A stretch of DNA of 36,871 bases from contig JAYGCM010000060.1 in assembly GCA_046583355.1 (NCBI GenBank), positions 1 to 36,871 on the forward strand, written 5' to 3'. The notes under the pieces were generated by a model. The model did no database searches. It worked only from the letters and a program-made list of their open reading frames with translations, and was not told the origin of the DNA. Shown here in pieces: positions 36,287 through 36,871 of the stretch. This DNA is from Deltaproteobacteria bacterium (GTDB lineage: Bacteria > Desulfobacterota > Binatia > UBA12015). Both the position numbers and the translations under genes were made by a program. The first letter of the stretch is position 1, and each line of letters begins with the position of its first letter.

Positions 36287-36394
36287 GCCGGGTCGCTGGC
36301 GGAATCTGGCTGCGACATGCCGCTGCCCGCGCACGAACAAACCGCCCGTAAAGGTCGGCTGTACACCAGCGCCGGTTTCAGGCAGGGTCCGCGC

Positions 36395-36781
36395 ATGAAT
36401 CGCTTCAAGAAGCCGCTGCTGTATCTCCTCTCGTTCCAGCTTTGTTTTACGGGATTCCTGCATCTGCTCTCGCCGGAATTTTTCGTCTCGATCGTTCCCC
36501 CCGGACTGCCAAACCCCGAGTGGCTGAACGTGATCTCAGGGCTGGCCGAGATCGTCCTGGGCGTCTACCTGCTCGAGCCACGCACGCGCGTGCTGGCTGC
36601 GTGGGGCGTGATTGCGCTGCTGATCGCGGTCTTTCCCGCCAACGTGAATATGGCGCTCACGGGCCTCGGCCCGGACGGCCCCGGCACGGGCTCGGCAGCG
36701 GTGAACTACGGCCGCCTGCCCTTCCAGCTCCTCTTCGCCGTCTGGGCCTGGTGGTACACCCGGCCCGACGAAGCGACATGA
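36395..36781 (+). CDS. DoxX-like membrane protein
   Basis: G.LH...PEFF..IVPP.LP, SGLAEI, IAVFPAN, RLPFQ; about four TM helices. Confidence 0.8.
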   Translation: MNRFKKPLLYLLSFQLCFTGFLHLLSPEFFVSIVPPGLPNPEWLNVISGLAEIVLGVYLLEPRTRVLAAWGVIALLIAVFPANVNMALTGLGPDGPGTGSAAVNYGRLPFQLLFAVWAWWYTRPDEAT

Positions 36782-36871
36782 AAACCGAGAAGACCAAGCG
36801 GGCCTCCTCGGTCGAGAGTCATCCTTCAGAAGGCCGGCGGCGGTTGGGGCTTTCGACCATTTCCGCGAAAA
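36778..36871 (+). CDS. Possible start of the next gene, running off the window
   Basis: ATGA overlap with the preceding stop; frame open to the end (MKTEKTKRASSVESH...). Confidence 0.35.
   Translation, partial: MKTEKTKRASSVESHPSEGRRRLGLSTISAK

Overview
GC-rich bacterial chromosomal segment with about 30 genes. It is probably from a Gram-negative organism (LpxL-type acyltransferase, lipoproteins); the gene mix suggests Candidatus Binatia or a related deltaproteobacterial lineage, which is inference only. In order: a 5'-truncated S8 protease with a Pro-Thr linker and FG-GAP propeller; a surface-glycan cluster (methyltransferase, three glycosyltransferases, coiled-coil protein); exported MsrB-MsrA; a chimeric DUF1214-like relic; an alpha/beta hydrolase; a lipoprotein tyrosinase; an unannotated Stf0-like sulfotransferase fragment; a C25 gingipain-like peptidase; dapL; gor; an orphan HAMP histidine kinase; an HNH-Nudix fusion divergent from a patatin; a decayed vapBC pair; a GlgA fused to a catalytically degenerate phosphohexomutase; two acyltransferases; PHP and PNPOx-like proteins; a sulfotransferase; a CxxCH lipoprotein; GST; P450; a haloalkane dehalogenase; and a DoxX-like protein. 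The strongest non-genic signal is a family of short CTAG-flanked inverted-repeat elements (MITE-like, end consensus CTAG-AGG(C/T)NCGGCCGAAAA), one of which supplies the C-terminus of a gene. No rRNA, tRNA, CRISPR array or transposase was seen.
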